Assembly: GCA_964016885.1 (NCBI GenBank)
Contig: OZ024747.1
Coordinates: 372,001-436,000 of the forward strand
From: Eledone cirrhosa
Taxonomy: Eukaryota
DNA: 64,000 nucleotides
Direction: 5' to 3'
Under the pieces are notes generated by a model. The model saw nothing but the letters and a program-made list of their open reading frames with translations, made no database searches and was not told the origin of the DNA. Both the position numbers and the translations under genes were made by a program. Within the stretch, counting starts at the first letter, position 1, and every line of letters begins with the position of its first letter. Positions 1 through 14,319 of the stretch are shown here, piece after piece.

Positions 1-1015
<1,015 letters not shown>

Positions 1016-2676
1016 TTACTCTTTTACTCTTTTACCTGTTTCAGCCATCCGGCTGAGGCCATGCTGGGGCACCGCCCTTGTTGCTACACATTTTATCTCC
1101 AGCCTGTATAGGTTGGCCACTGGTGTAGGAGGGAGTTTGTTGCTGCTGCCCTTAGGTTTCCCTCGTGTCTTGCTGTGGGCTCATCCGGGATCCTGGATAA
1201 CAAGGTGTCGAGATGTTTCTTAAAGACATCCACCTCCCCGTCATGCAAGTCTCGCAGATGCCTCGGCAGCCTGTTGAAGAGTTGAGGGCCCTTGAATCCC
1301 AGGCTATTGCAATACCTGCTCCTTATTCTAGATGTGGAAGACGGGACCTTTGGCACCACACAGTGACGTCCTGTTCGACGGTTGGTCCAGCTCCCAATGC
1401 CAAAGTTTGGTGCTAGTCCCTCCAGGATTTTCCACATGTAGATCACTGCGTATCTCTCCCGTCTTCGCTCCAAGGAGTAGAGGTTCAGTTCCTTCAGCCT
1501 CTCCCAGTAACTTGTCTCCCTCATCTTGGCAATCCTCTTGGTGTAGCTTTGCTGGATTGCCTCAAGCTCTGTGGTTAGTTTGACACTATGGGGTGACCAC
1601 AGCTGGGAGCAGTAGTCCAGGCGGCTTAGGACAAAAGTCCTCCACAGTGTCAACATGGTGTCTCGATCTCTTGTAAGGAAAGTCCTCAAGATCCAGCCAG
1701 CGAATCGTCTACATGCTGTCGCCACCTTCATGATGTGTGAAGAAAAAGATGCATCATCGCTCATGTCTATGCCCAGGTCTCGTATCGATTTTGACACGGG
1801 GATATCGGTCCCTCCTGGTCCTGTGTAGCTGTGTTCCGCTATATTTGTGTTTGTGTTTGCAGGTTTGTATTGTAGGGCTTGGAATTTGCCAGCATTAAAC
1901 TGCATGTTGTTTTCTTCCGCCCATCTGTATATGGCATCCAGATCCTGCTGTAAGAGGGCAGCGTCAGCCAGGTTTTTGATTGCCTATGCTACCTTAGTGT
2001 CATCAGCATAGCTAGTGAGGGATGTTGTTGCATGCACCACAGAGGGCATGTCCGAGAGAGCCACCAAAAACAGTAGTGGTCCCAGGACTGTCCCCTGAGG
2101 CACCCCACTTGTTATCGGTGTTTCCCTCGAGAGGGCCCCATTTGCTGCGACTGCCTGGCTTCTGTCCCTTAGGAAGCCATGCAGCCACTCACCCACTTTT
2201 CCAGTTATGCCGAGTCCGTGTAGTTTGTGACATATCATTCCGTGGTCGACCTTGTCAAAGGCCTTCGCAAAGTCAAGATATATCACGTCTACATGTGAGC
2301 TGTCTAGCAGTTGTCTCAGTACCCAGTCGTAGTGATGTAGCAGCTGTGTAAGGCAGCTTCTTCCTGGGCGGAAGCCATGTTGCATGCTAGTCAGGCGGTC
2401 ATTTTCTTCGAGGAAAGTGATTAGTTTCTTTCTGACGACTCGCTCCATGACCTTACTGATATGCGACGTCAGGGAGACTGGCCTATAGTTCTTGGCCTCC
2501 GCTCTACTACCTCCTTTATGGATAGGGCATATTGTGCCTTCTTTCAGCTCCCTGGGTAGTACACCGCTAGCCAAGGAGCTTCTGAAGAGCATCTTCAGTG
2601 GAGTTGCTAAGGCCCGCTTACATATTTTTAGGAGAACTGCTGGGAATCCATCAGGTCCAGCAGCCGAGTCTGTTCT
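1016..2676 (-). mobile_element. 5'-truncated CR1/L2-group LINE, RT region, inactivated by one premature stop
   Basis: ORFs 1984-2757 ([51 protein letters not shown]) and 1093-1905 (RDLG, LDYCSQLWSP, LYSLERRR) are in the same frame and separated by a TAG at 1984-1986. Short (TACTCTTT) tail near 1016; embedded in (TA)n. Confidence 0.93.
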
Positions 2677-2744
<68 letters not shown>

Positions 2745-2755
2745 CATATATATAC

Positions 2756-2787
<32 letters not shown>

Positions 2788-2803
2788 CTATATATATATA
2801 TAC

Positions 2804-2852
<49 letters not shown>

Positions 2853-2863
2853 CATATATATAC

Positions 2864-2895
<32 letters not shown>

Positions 2896-2896
2896 C

Positions 2897-2934
<38 letters not shown>

Positions 2935-3015
2935 CATATATATATACATATATACATATATATATACATATATATATACATATATATATACATATATATA
3001 TACATATATATATAT
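2677..3015. repeat. (TA)n microsatellite
   Basis: TA/CA run; source of spurious YIYI ORFs. Confidence 0.97.
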
Positions 3016-3136
3016 TATCGTTTTCGGTATGCCTGACCGATTCAACTCACTTAATATGCAAATTAGGCTGCTCAGCCGTTAATTTTCATAAGGAAAGTAT
3101 ATACTTTCGAACGTTCAACTATCTGGCAGATGGGTA

Positions 3137-3181
3137 AACGGTGCTGATGATAGCTAACAAGCTTGAAACTAGTACATCGTT
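3137..3181 (+). ncRNA. Minimal type-I hammerhead ribozyme within a CpG-rich short element (about 3016-3320)
   Basis: AACGGTG-CTGATGA-T-AGCT(AACA)AGCT-T-GAAA-CTAG-TA-CATCGTT: stem I, conserved core, stem II, palindromic stem III (ACTAGT). Confidence 0.8.
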
Positions 3182-3352
3182 CCTGTGTCAGTGTTGAACA
3201 AAATGGTGACGTGGTTGCCTTAACACCGTATGGCATAAATTCAGGCTGTTCGCTTTGTTGACAAACAAACGAACAAAGCGGCCGGCGTTATAATAAACGT
3301 CGACTAAACTGATGCGTGCATATATGTATGTGTACCTGTATGCATATGTGTA

Positions 3353-3420
<68 letters not shown>

Positions 3421-3608
3421 TGCTACTGTACGTCTGTATACATATATGTATGTACGTATACATACATACTTACATTTAAGTAAGTGCCATACTAAGAGTG
3501 AGAAATGAAATTTCGTTTTCATTTTTTTCAACTTATATATACATGCATATATATATATATATGAAGTGTTTGTAGTAAGAAGGACTATAGATCAGGCTTG
3601 TATGTGAA

Positions 3609-3812
3609 AGCACCTGGCTTAGTGGTTAGGAAGTTGGTTTCACAATCTTGAGGTTGTGAGTTTGATTCCTGAACTGGGCAATGCATTATGTTCTTGAACA
3701 AGACACTTTATTTCACATCGTTCTGGTTCACTCAGCTGTAGAAAAAGAGTTGTGATGTCACTGGTGCCAAGCTGTAATGGCCATTTTCTTTGCCTTTCCC
3801 TTGGACAACATC
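3609..3812 (+). mobile_element. tRNA-derived SINE, degraded
   Basis: Box A TGGCTTAGTGG, box B-like GAGTTTGATTCC, core TTCTTGAACAAGACACTTTATTTCAC shared with other copies in the window. Confidence 0.75.
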
Positions 3813-4288
3813 ATATATAGTGTATATATATACTGTACATAGTATGTATTTAATTTATATATAGTGTATATATATATACTGTCTGTAGTGTGTATATAAT
3901 TTGTATATAGTGAATAAATGAGTTATGTTACTGGTGCCAAACTGTATTGCCCTCTCCATGGACAACATTTGTACTGTGAAGAAGGGTGACTGGTATGTAG
4001 GTGCACCTGCTGGTATTCCACAGAAACACTTGCCCAAATTTAGAGAGGAACTTTCAAGGTGCAAAAGTCATATAAAAACTTAGTAACAATGTAAGTATAA
4101 TACTTATTGTGTCTCAAAGTTTTTTTTAATCTAATTAGATTGTTCTCTACTAAATATTAGATATATGGTTTCCTATTATATCAGCAGTGTGCAACTCTTT
4201 GAGGTCTTGGATTTCTAGCTCTAATTCTCTCATAGAGCTTGCATAGAGCCTCATGATTGTTTTATATATTGATTTCTTTTTATATATA

Positions 4289-4960
4289 CTATATATACTC
4301 AAGTAATAGTCAACTTTGTGTAAAAGTTGACCCCTTATTTTTGGCCAAAAAATCTAAAATTTTCCGTAGACCTCATAAAAGTCGACCCTAGTATTTCACA
4401 GAGAACAGGTCAACATTCGATGGCCAAGGTATCATCCTGTATGTAGAAATAACACTGTTACAATATTGTCATGAATATATATTATGCAAATACATGTCTG
4501 AAGCTACCTTACTTGAATTTCAAGCATTATGAAAATAATATCAGCCATGTGTACAGTATTACGGTAGGTAATGGCATACCAGTAGATGTATTACTCATAG
4601 TAATATACAGTAATTATAAGATATAAATTGATTGTACTAAGCTAGTTCGTTAAATTTGATGGATATGAATAAAAGACCAAGTGTAAATAATTATAAGAGC
4701 TACGTGGACATGTTTGAGGATTTTGTTATTTTCTAGGATGTGTTTTTTGATGCATAGAATCGGTAATATTACTGTAATTCATTGTGTTTTTGTTTTTATT
4801 TGTTTAGAGATCAGTTGGGCTTCTGCTACTGATAGGATACTTTGGGTTCTAGCTTGAATTTCAAGCTCCTCAAAGGTAGTAGCCATGTAATAGTCAACTC
4901 CATAAATTTCACCTTTAAAAAATGGTCTAAAAAATTTGACTCTTACATGAGTATATATGG
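4289..4960. mobile_element. Tc2/pogo-like non-autonomous DNA transposon (MITE)
   Basis: Degenerate TIRs CTATATATACTCAAGTAATAGTCAA ... TTGACTCTTACATGAGTATATATGG flanked by TA; resembles the CCGTATATACTCG terminal consensus of Tc2-type elements. Confidence 0.65.
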
Positions 4961-5276
4961 TATATATATATATATAGATATATGTATATGTCTAACCCAT
5001 GCAAACATGGAAAATAGATGTTAAACAGTGATGGTGCTCACTGCATAGTACCTGTCAAAAATGACACAATGTATAATAGTTGTAGTGGTGGCAGTGGCGG
5101 TGGCAGTTGGTGGTTTTGATAGGTGGTGGTGGCAGTGGTGGGGTAGTGGTGGTCACCTGAAGCTATACTAAAAGACACCTGCCTAAGATAGTACACATTG
5201 GAATTGAACTCGGAACCATGTGGTTACAAAACAAACTTCTTAACTAAATAGCTACACCTGTGCCTATTTACATAGG

Positions 5277-5461
5277 TAGATTGGCAGTATCGGTAGAGGG
5301 TTGAATGCCATGCAGCATAGTTATGGCCCTTATGGTCTGAGTTAAAATCCCACCGATGTTAACTTTGCCTTTCATCCTTAGGGGAGTCGATGAAATAAAG
5401 TACCAGTAATGCAATGGGATAATTGCTGGCCTTGTGCCAAAAGTAGAAACAATTATTATTT
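5277..5461 (+). mobile_element. Meta-domain-like SINE (second SINE family)
   Basis: GATTGGCAG.ATCGGTAGAG head, GCCTTTCATCCTT..GGGGTCGATAAAATAAAGTACCAG core, AGAAACAATTATTATT tail. Other copies near 26168, 32800(-), 33090, 46620, 46905(-), 50373, 50680, 54725, 55175(-), 56795, 57085. Confidence 0.8.
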
Positions 5462-5525
5462 ACTAATGAACAAATATTGTTTATAATGATGACAGTAGTG
5501 GTGAATATATTTAATTTTTGGAATC

Positions 5526-6691
5526 CAGTGTTGGTAAGCCAGGGTTGGTAACCAAAGGTTGGTAAGACAATGTTGGTAACCCAGGCTTGGTAGGATAGGG
5601 TTGGTAACCTAGTGTAGGTAACGCAGGATTGGTAGGATAGGGTTGGTAACCTAGTGTAGGTAACCCAGGGTTGGTAGGATAGGGTTGGTAACCCAGTGTT
5701 GGTAAGACAAGGTTGGTAACCCAGTGTTGGTAAGACAAGGTTGGTAACCTAGTGTTGATAACCCAGTGTTGCTAAGACAGGGTTGGTAACCCAGTGTTGG
5801 TAAGACAGGGTTGGTAACCCAGTGTTGGTAAGACAGGGTTGGTAACCCAGGGTTGGTAGCCCAGTGTTGGTAACCCAGTGTTGGTAAGACTGTTGGTAAC
5901 CCAATGTTGGTAAGACTGTTGGTAAACCAGGGTTGGTAACCCAGTGTTGGTAAGACAAGGGTGGTAAACCAGGGTTGGTAAGACAGAGTTGGTAAGACAG
6001 AGTTGGTAAGACAGGGTTGGTAAGACGGTTGGTAACCCAGTGTTGGTAAGACAGGGTTGGTAACCCAGTGTTGGTAAGACCGTGTTGGTAAGCCAGGGTT
6101 GGTAACCCAGTTTTGGTAAGACAGGGTTGGTAACCCAGTGTTGGTAACCCAGGGTTGGTAAGCCAGAGTTGGTAACCCTGGGTTGGTAAGACAGTGTTGG
6201 TAACCCAGGCTTGGTAATCCAGTGTTGGTAACCCAGGGTTGGTAAGACAGTGTTGGTAACCCAGTGTCGGTAAGACGGTTGGTAATACAGTGTTGGTAAC
6301 CTAGTGTTGGTAAGCAAGGGTTGGTAAGGGTTGGTAAGACAGGGGTGGTAACGTAGTGTTGGTAAGACGGGGTTTGTAACCTAGTGTTGGTAACCCAGGG
6401 TTGGTAAGACACGGGTAAAACAGGGCTGGTAACCTAGTTTTGGTAAGACAGTGTTGGTAACCCAGTGTTGGTAAGGCAGGGTTGGTAAGCCAGTGTTGGT
6501 AAGCCAGGGTTGGTAACCCAGTGTTGGTAAGACAGGGTTGGTAAGACAGGGTTGGTAAGACAGTGTTGGTAGGTAACCCAGGGTTGGTAAGACAGGGTTG
6601 GTAACCCAGTGTTGGTAAAACAGGGTTGGTAAGACAGGGTTGGTAACCCAGTGTTGGTAAGACAGGTTTGGTAAGCCAGGGTTGGTAACCC
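5526..6691. repeat. 15-bp G-rich minisatellite CAG(G/T)GTTGGTAA(GAC/CCC)
   Basis: About 1.15 kb of tandem units sharing GTTGGTAA. Confidence 0.95.
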
Positions 6692-8504
6692 GTATATACC
6701 AAGATTACTGGATATACAAACAGGGAAATTTGTATTTGATAAATTAATAGTTTGTATAAGAGAAAGCCTAGAGTCTATATTGATTACCGACACATGGTAT
6801 GCCTTATATACCAAGATTATTGAATATATGAACAATCATACAAACAGGGAAATTTGCGTTTTGATGAATTGGTCGTTTGCATAAGAGAAACCCTATTGTT
6901 TATGTTGATTATTAATATGTGGAACTGATTGAAGATAAAAATATTTTAATAAATTATTTTAGGATATAATTGACATATGGATTAAATGTATGAGTAACTT
7001 AGGAGAATTAACTTTTTACAGAGACAGGACCTTGTGACTGTAAAGTGAACTTCTTGTAGGAAATATATAGTGTGTATGTTTGTGTGTTTGTATATGTTTG
7101 TATGTGTATCTATATGTATGTATATGTGTGTGTATAAATATTAGAGTTACAGACATATATATAAACCCACATGGCATATTATCAGAGTTGATGTTGCTCT
7201 TTTGTCTTCTTCTGTGGGCTCCTTTCTCTTTCTCTCTTTCTCTCCCTATCTCTCTCTCTCTCTATCTCTATCTCTCTCTCTCACTTTATCTCAATTTCTC
7301 TCTCTTTCTCTATTTTTCTTCTTTCCTGTCATTGTCTTTTCTTCTTCCTCTTTGCTTATTCCCCCCCCCCTCTCCACTTCTCTCTCCCTCCTCCCTCTAT
7401 CCTACCCCCCCCCCCCCCCCTCCGTCTCTCTAGCTACTAAAGGTGATACAACAAATATTTACTTGATAGAGAGGGGGAAGGGGAGAGTAGAGAGGGGGAA
7501 GGGGAGAGAGAGGGAGGAGTGTTAAGATATAAATGATGACAGAGATTAGGGGTTTAATGTGTTGTGTAGGGTGGGGATGATGAGTCACACCCCACATACT
7601 GTCTTACTCCCTCTCAGTGGTGATGGCAGTGGTGGTGGTGGTGGCAGTGGTTTTGGTGGTGGTGGGGTGGCAGTGGTGGTGGCAGTGGGAGGTGGCAGTA
7701 GAAATGTTGGGAGGGGGAACAAAGAGGAGAGCAAGGGAAAAAAAGGTCTAGATACAAAAAAAGTCAAAATAAATAAGTATAAAAGTAAAAACAAAAATTT
7801 GCTAATTGTTTACTGAATTCTTCTTCTTCTTCCCCTCTCACCCCCCCCCCCCCTAGCATGGGTTTCACAGCTCTTCTCTGGCATAGCACTCCCCCTCCCC
7901 CGGTCTCTTTGTCATCTCCTTTTTGAGGTCCACCATACTAAACATCAATTTTCAGAACTTTACCTTGGAACTCCTGGGACTTCTTCACCCAATTGTCTTC
8001 CCTGACCTACATCTACCATATCTTCCTTCATCTTGGAACTCCTTGGACTTCTTCACCTAATGATCATGCTCCTTATGCATCATGTGTCTGTATAAACACA
8101 CTCTCTTCTCCACCTCTCTATACCTGATTATTCTCACTCCCTCTTTTTCTGTCAACTCATCCATGTTTCATTATTTATAAACATTTCACACCCAATGAAA
8201 CAAGTTCATAAAATTCTAAGCAATCCCAAGTTTTTATCTCAAATTTGTGAATTCAACTAAATGATTAAATTTAATATTTTAATGATTCTTAGATGAGGTG
8301 TTGTAAAGTGTATTATAATTATTGTTTTACTAATTAAGCTAATGTTTAGTGTCATTAGAGTGATTAGATATTTACAGTATTTAGATTTGTTGCTCTTTGG
8401 ATTGGTTTCATCTCTGATTGTCACCAGGTGTATCATGTCTGGTAGAGTCATTACAGTATTGGATTTTATTGGATGTTTTAATGATACAGTGTGTAGCTCA
8501 TTCC

Positions 8505-8790
8505 AGGTAGAGTTGAATACAAGCAGCTGAAATAGGGTTCCTCTGAAGGGTCTTGGAGTAACATTACTTGATTGAGTGCATAACTCAAGAGTTGAGAGAG
8601 TCACTCCAGGTGGAGCTGCTACTACTCTGATTTAAAAGATCAGAGCTCCAATATTAGTGACAGGTAGTTAGAATGTCTCAAGAAAGAATTGCTGGACAGA
8701 TTTTACAGGCAAAACCAACTGGCAGAAGACCCAGAGGTAGACCCTGAGAAAGAGAGTTGGATAACGTTCACAAGCTCGTATTGCTTGGCA
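8505..8790 (+). mobile_element. Old RTE LINE 3' fragment
   Basis: Stop-riddled translation QAAEIGFL.RVLGVTLLD...RMSQERIAGQILQAKPTGRRPRGRP matches the RTE ORF2 C-terminus. Confidence 0.7.
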
Positions 8791-9083
8791 ATCATATTAA
8801 AACTCTACTTCGGTATTGAGTACTGTTTTCTCTCAGCCATCAACCACACACACATATATATATATATATATAACAAATTAGACATACATATAATAATCAA
8901 CAGCTACTGGTTTAGCTCAATTAATCAATCAATTAATTAAGTAGTCAGAGTGTTAAATTCATAAATGGGAAAAACAAACAAGATAAAAAGATCTTTTTTA
9001 CTGCAGTCAGGACTTTGAAGTAAAAGGTCACTTTTTATCTAGTTTGTTTTCCCACTTATGGATTTACACACACACACACACAC

Positions 9084-9132
<49 letters not shown>

Positions 9133-9444
9133 CTTGTCTGATGACCCTGTGATAAACAGATGAAGTTACAGAGTAACAAGACTCACTGTTTAGCCTTAAT
9201 AAAATGAATATATATAAGGTATAAATTGAAGTTGTAGCTGCCATATAGCAGGTACTATTCGAGTTGTTCGTGGCAATTACAAAGCACTCAGTGGAGTGAG
9301 AAGTTAATACATTATCATCCAGAGTAAAAGACAAAAGTAAAAAAAAAGTGTGATGCCAAGAAAAACAACCGAAGTCAGTGGCCATACATATACCACAACA
9401 ATGATAGATACAAAAAGGTTGAATATATATATATATATATATAT

Positions 9445-9739
9445 AAATCTAACATTCTGAGTCCCAAAACATACCCAAAATGAGTAAAATATATAAATGC
9501 ATGAATGATCTACGGTTCAATTATAACCGGTAATCTTACAAGTTAAATATCCAAATTATATATTTAAAACAGAGACAAATATATAAAGAGCCGAATCTAA
9601 ATTATAAATATCTAAAATAATCCAAAGGTGTGCATATTTATCAAGAGAACAAGTTAACAAATAATATGTTTATATACCTAACATTAATTCTATCATAAAT
9701 GATTAGAAAATAAAGTATTATTAAAGTTTTATAAACTGT
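9445..9739 (-). repeat. Inverted copy of 10733-11047 at the 5' end of a PLE
   Basis: About 295 bp reverse-complement match with a few substitutions and an ~18-bp deletion. Confidence 0.92.
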
Positions 9740-12680
9740 GAAAAATGCAATTGTCAATAGTGTACAGAAACGCATAACTAGAATATCTGCCAATAAATCA
9801 ATATTTGATGAAAAAGCCGGATATTACAATGATGCGCTAAGAAAGGCAGGTTATAAAATAATATAAAATATATAAACAATTCGAATCTTAATCCTGATAA
9901 AAATAATAATAATATGACTGGCATGTATAAACGAAATTCTAAAAATTATAATTCAAAGACATGTACTGTGAATAAAACGGGGAAAAGAACCAGAACTAAA
10001 TCAGTTATATGGTCCCCCCCCTCTTCTGTAGCAGTAAGAACACCACTATCTAATCTATTCTTTAAGGCTTTAGATAATTCCTTCCCTAGTCAACATAAAT
10101 ACCGTCCCATATTTAATAGACAGACAATTAAGCTTTCTTATTCTACAACTATGAATATGGGCCAAAACATCGCTAAACTAAATAGTATAATTCTAAACCA
10201 AAATCAGCATAAGGGTGTTAATAATAGTGTTAATATAAATAATAATAAATCGAAATGTAATTGTAGAAATAAACCAGATTGCCCTCTGCAAAATAATTGT
10301 CTGCATAGAAATTTGGTGTATAAATGCACCGTAAAAACAAATAACAACACATACAACTACATAGGGGCAACTTCTTCGACATTTAAATCGAGATTTGCGA
10401 ATCACAAATGCTCGTTTTCGAATTTTAATAGGAAGTCTTCGACTTCTTTATCACAACTTAAAAGACAAAAATTTTAAATACTCGATTTTTTGGACGAAGC
10501 TTTGTAATAGTAGAATCTACTCGAACTCGTCTATATCAACTAACTGCAAATTCTGCACAAAGGAGACCCTATTAATAATTACTAATTATGAAAACTTAAT
10601 TAACAAAAAAAGTGAATTATTCTCAAACTGCCTTCATAAAGCTTTGTCTACATTTCAAGTCAGGAAAAAACACTAAACAAACAGGTTTTAATTTTTGACG
10701 TCTCTTATCAACTGTTGGACCTAAAACGTTATAACAGTTTATAAAACTTTAATAATACTTTATTTTCTAATCATTTATGATAGAATTAATGTTAGAATGA
10801 AGGATCCTGTTTAGGTATATAAACATATTATTTGTTAACTTGTTCTCTTGATAAATATGCACACCTTTGGATTATTTTAGATATTTATAATTTAGATTCG
10901 GATCTTTATATATTTGTCTCTGTTTTAAATATATAATTTGGATATTTAACTTGTAAGATTACCGGTTATAATTGAACCGTAGATCATTCATGCATTTATA
11001 TATTTTACTCATTTTGGGTATGTTTTGGAACTCAGAATGTTAGATTTGCACATATATATTTTTTATATATATCTAGGTATAAATATAACAAACCATACTA
11101 GTCAACAAATATTGGTCTCTCTTTCCACTGAACTGGAGGTAAAACTACAATTATAGCATTACTAATAATGATTATAATTATTTATTTATTATATGTATAT
11201 CATTTCACTAATACCTATAATACTCTCTCTATATAGTTGTACAAATATGTTTATCTAGTGTAATAACATACTCGTAGTTACATTTATAAGTAATTTGGAT
11301 ACTCAAATGACTCTCTATTGTTATAAGTGTTAGATATTCCCTTGATGTTCGAAATTATATAATGATTATTACTTAATTTAATATAATTTAATTTACTTTA
11401 TTTTAATTAAATTTAGATTACCTTCGGCTTTTTCAAATCTTTAGCTCCTCTTTCTATCACATTCGCTGGACATTTTAGAAGTATCTTTTATCTACTATAT
11501 ATTAAAACCCTCTTGCATTTTAAACTATATTTTTAATATTGGGCATTTTTATGTTTCGCAAACAATTCATTATTTTTTCACTTTTTATTTTGTATCTAGC
11601 CCTTATCCTTAGGACTCATGTAGTTTTGACTTATATATTTATCGTATATATCTATTAAATGATCCTTTTACAATAATTGATCTAAAACATTAATTTTTAA
11701 CAATATTTTCAGTAACTTATTTACTATATTATATTATGTTATGTATATTTGAAAGGTATCCTCTTAAGTCTTTAGACATTATAATCTTTGTATATTTTTT
11801 TTGATAAACACATATATGTAATTTAAAATTCAGACCTCTTTAAGTTTAATTATAAGGCCTGTTGATCCTTTAGGCACTCAAATTGTTAATCATAAATTCT
11901 TTAAAAATTATAACTAATTATTTTCTAAATTATATTATATAAACTGTTGTCAATATTATAAATAATTTTGGTAAAGTTTACCTTCGTGAGGTTGTAAAAA
12001 CATTGTTTTCTTTCTCGTGTTTGTAAATCCTTTAAATTTGATTTCATAAAATTTGATTTTAGAAATTAAATTTGATAGTATACTTTAATATTAATACAGA
12101 TACCTATTAACTTTCAAAACCTAAAATATTATTCATTACTCTGAACTAACTTAAATTAAATATTTTGAATATTAATGGTCAAACAAATAAGTTTAGATAT
12201 ATCTTGTATATATGGATAATTGTCTAAAAACTTGAACATAAGTTATTCCTCTTTGTCTCTCTCTCTGTAATCAACTCTTTTGTTTTTCGAGGCCCCTACT
12301 AACTATATTATCCCATCAGCTGTTTCTTCCTCTATGCTTTCCTTTCTTTCCTCTTTCTTCAGTAATTTAAATTTTTTTTAACAGCCAAGTATTTTTGATG
12401 CCAAGTATTTTTTAAGCTGTCTCACATGCACCCTCTCTATTGTATGTATTATATATTTTTCTCATGTTCTCAATATTAAGGTATATAAATATTGAGTTTT
12501 GTCATATATTACTCACTACCATGACTGAATCTTAACCATCTACTATGTCAGGGTATGTCATGCATCATCTTATTTTATCTGATGAGGACGTACTGTTGAA
12601 GTTAACTCAGTACCTCTGAAATATGTATAATAAAATATACTTGATCACAAGAATATCTATTTTGTTAATATTTTGAATTA
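9740..12680 (+). mobile_element. 5'-truncated Penelope-like element (Neptune-type linker), frameshifted GIY-YIG, long AT-rich 3' region ending in a hammerhead
   Basis: KRITRISANKSIF..YYNDALRKAGYK; VIWSPP, IKLSYS, CNCRNKPDCPLQNNCL..LVYKCTV..YIGAT..FKSRFANH; C-terminal CKFCTKE..LINKKSE. Membership of 11050-12560 is inferred. Confidence 0.85.
12571..12637 (+). ncRNA. Type-I hammerhead ribozyme
   Basis: TATTTTAT-CTGATGA-GGACGTACTG...CAGTACCTC-T-GAAA-TATG-TA-TA-ATAAAATA; same family as 20441-20502(-). Confidence 0.75.
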
Positions 12681-12695
12681 ATATATATATATATA

Positions 12696-13857
12696 TCATC
12701 ATCACCGTTTTACGTCCGTTCTTCCACGCTAGCATGGGTTAGACGGGTTGTCCTGTTGTGTGCAGTGTCTGGTCGGCTGACCATGCCTTGCTCATACAGG
12801 AACTGATCTGGCTTGATTTCTACAGCTGGATGCCCTTCCTAACACCAACCTCATTTACAGTGAGTGCTGGGTGCTTTTTCGTGGCGCCTACACGTCCACT
12901 TTACAGTGTGAGCTGGGTGCTTTTTTGCCGTGGCCCCTCCACGACCACCTTGCGGTGGGGGGTGTGGGGGCATATTGTTTATATGCTTCAGCATGTACCC
13001 ATGGGAGGTCGGGTACTCTGTATTACTGCGTGACGCCAGAAGTCACGGTCGTGTGTCATTGTCTTTGAGAGGTGTAATTGGGTAAGGTCGGCTTTTATCA
13101 CCTCATCCCAGGTCATCTTGGGTCTCCCCACTCTGCGGTTTCCATCAACTTCTAGTGCTCTGCACCTTTTTATGCAGCTGTCATCCTTCATACGCATCAC
13201 ATGTCCATACCAGCGCAACCGCCTCTCCTGCACACAGCATTTGATTCCTCTTATGCTCAGTCTCTCTTGCAATTCATTTATGCTTTGTCGTTCACGTATA
13301 TTACTGTTACACATCCATCGGAGCATGCAGGCTTCGTTTCTCTCTAATCTACGTAAGTCTTCCACCTTCAGCGCCCAGGTCTCACTACCATGCAACATCG
13401 CTGTTCGGATACATGCATCATACAGTCTGCCTTTCATTCTGAGGGAGAAGCCTTTTGCAGCTAGCAGTGGTAGTAGTTCCCTAAACTTCTTCCATCCCGT
13501 TCTTACCCTAGTTATTGTACTTTCTGAACACCCACCTCCGCTGCTAATTCGGTCACCTAGGTAGCAGAAGCTGTCTACTGTTTCTACCGGGCCCTCCCAG
13601 AGATTGGTGGTACTTGTTTCCTGTGGCTGTTTGCTGCTTGCTGTTTCAGCACAGCTGCTGCATGTGAATCCTACATTCTTAATTAAGCTTCCTGAGATCC
13701 CGCTACATCTCTTGTGTACCCATTGTTTGCATTTGGGGCAGAGAATGGAGTTCCTACCTACACCTTTCCTACATACTGAGCAAGGCCATTTCCCTGAGGG
13801 AATCTGGGTTCTGTTTTCTCGTCTACTTACAAGGACCTTAGTCTTTGTCATGTTGAC
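12696..13857 (-). mobile_element. 5'-truncated RTE-clade LINE with a PHD-like zinc finger in ORF2 and a (GAT)n tail
   Basis: ORF 12988-13899: WPCSVCRKGVGRNSILC..C..WVHKRC, FCYLGD, MLHGSETW, RRLRWYGHV, GRPKMTW. 3'UTR at 12696-12990. Confidence 0.93.
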
Positions 13858-13919
13858 ATATATATATGTATACATATATACACACACAAAGACACACACA
13901 TATATATATATATATGTTT

Positions 13920-14310
13920 AAGGCAAAAATCATTTTCCCCCAAAATGGCTGACACGTGCTTTTTCTGCCCCCCTTTTTTTCCATTCTTTCTTCTCTCTAT
14001 CTTTCTATTTTATCAATTATTTCTTAGTCTATCTTCAGATGAAGGATGTTATCACTGTTTTCCTACTATATCAAGCATTTAACTAGTATATTTAGGTAGG
14101 TAACATGGTAAAAACCTCCCAGTCCACACTGTAAAGTGGTTGGTGTTAGGAAGGGCATCCAGCCATAGAAAATCTACCAGAAAGTCCCATACAAGTGAGA
14201 CGACCAATCTTGCTTCACGTGGGACAATTCCCGTCAAACCATGCTAGCATGGAAGATAGACGTTAAACGATGATGATGATGATTTCTTCATTGTACTGTG
14301 TCCTTTGCTA
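13920..14310 (+). mobile_element. Non-coding hammerhead-bearing short element interrupted by an RTE 3'-tail fragment (about 14095-14283)
   Basis: TATCTTCAGATGAAGGA..CCTACTATATCAAGCATTTAACTAGTATATTT|insert|TTTCTTCATTGTACTG matches the family at 15340-15520, 37170-37330, 43085-43305. Confidence 0.6.
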
Positions 14311-14319
14311 TATATATAT

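Noticed and set aside
5511-6835. Overlapping PTLGYQ-type ORFs
   Set aside because: Translations of the 15-bp minisatellite.
8257-8604. 115-aa minus-strand ORF or possible exon
   Set aside because: No recognisable motif; partly antisense to an RTE fragment.
13118-13921. Plus-strand ORFs over RTE copies (also 17701, 37978, 38464)
   Set aside because: Antisense shadows of LINE ORF2.
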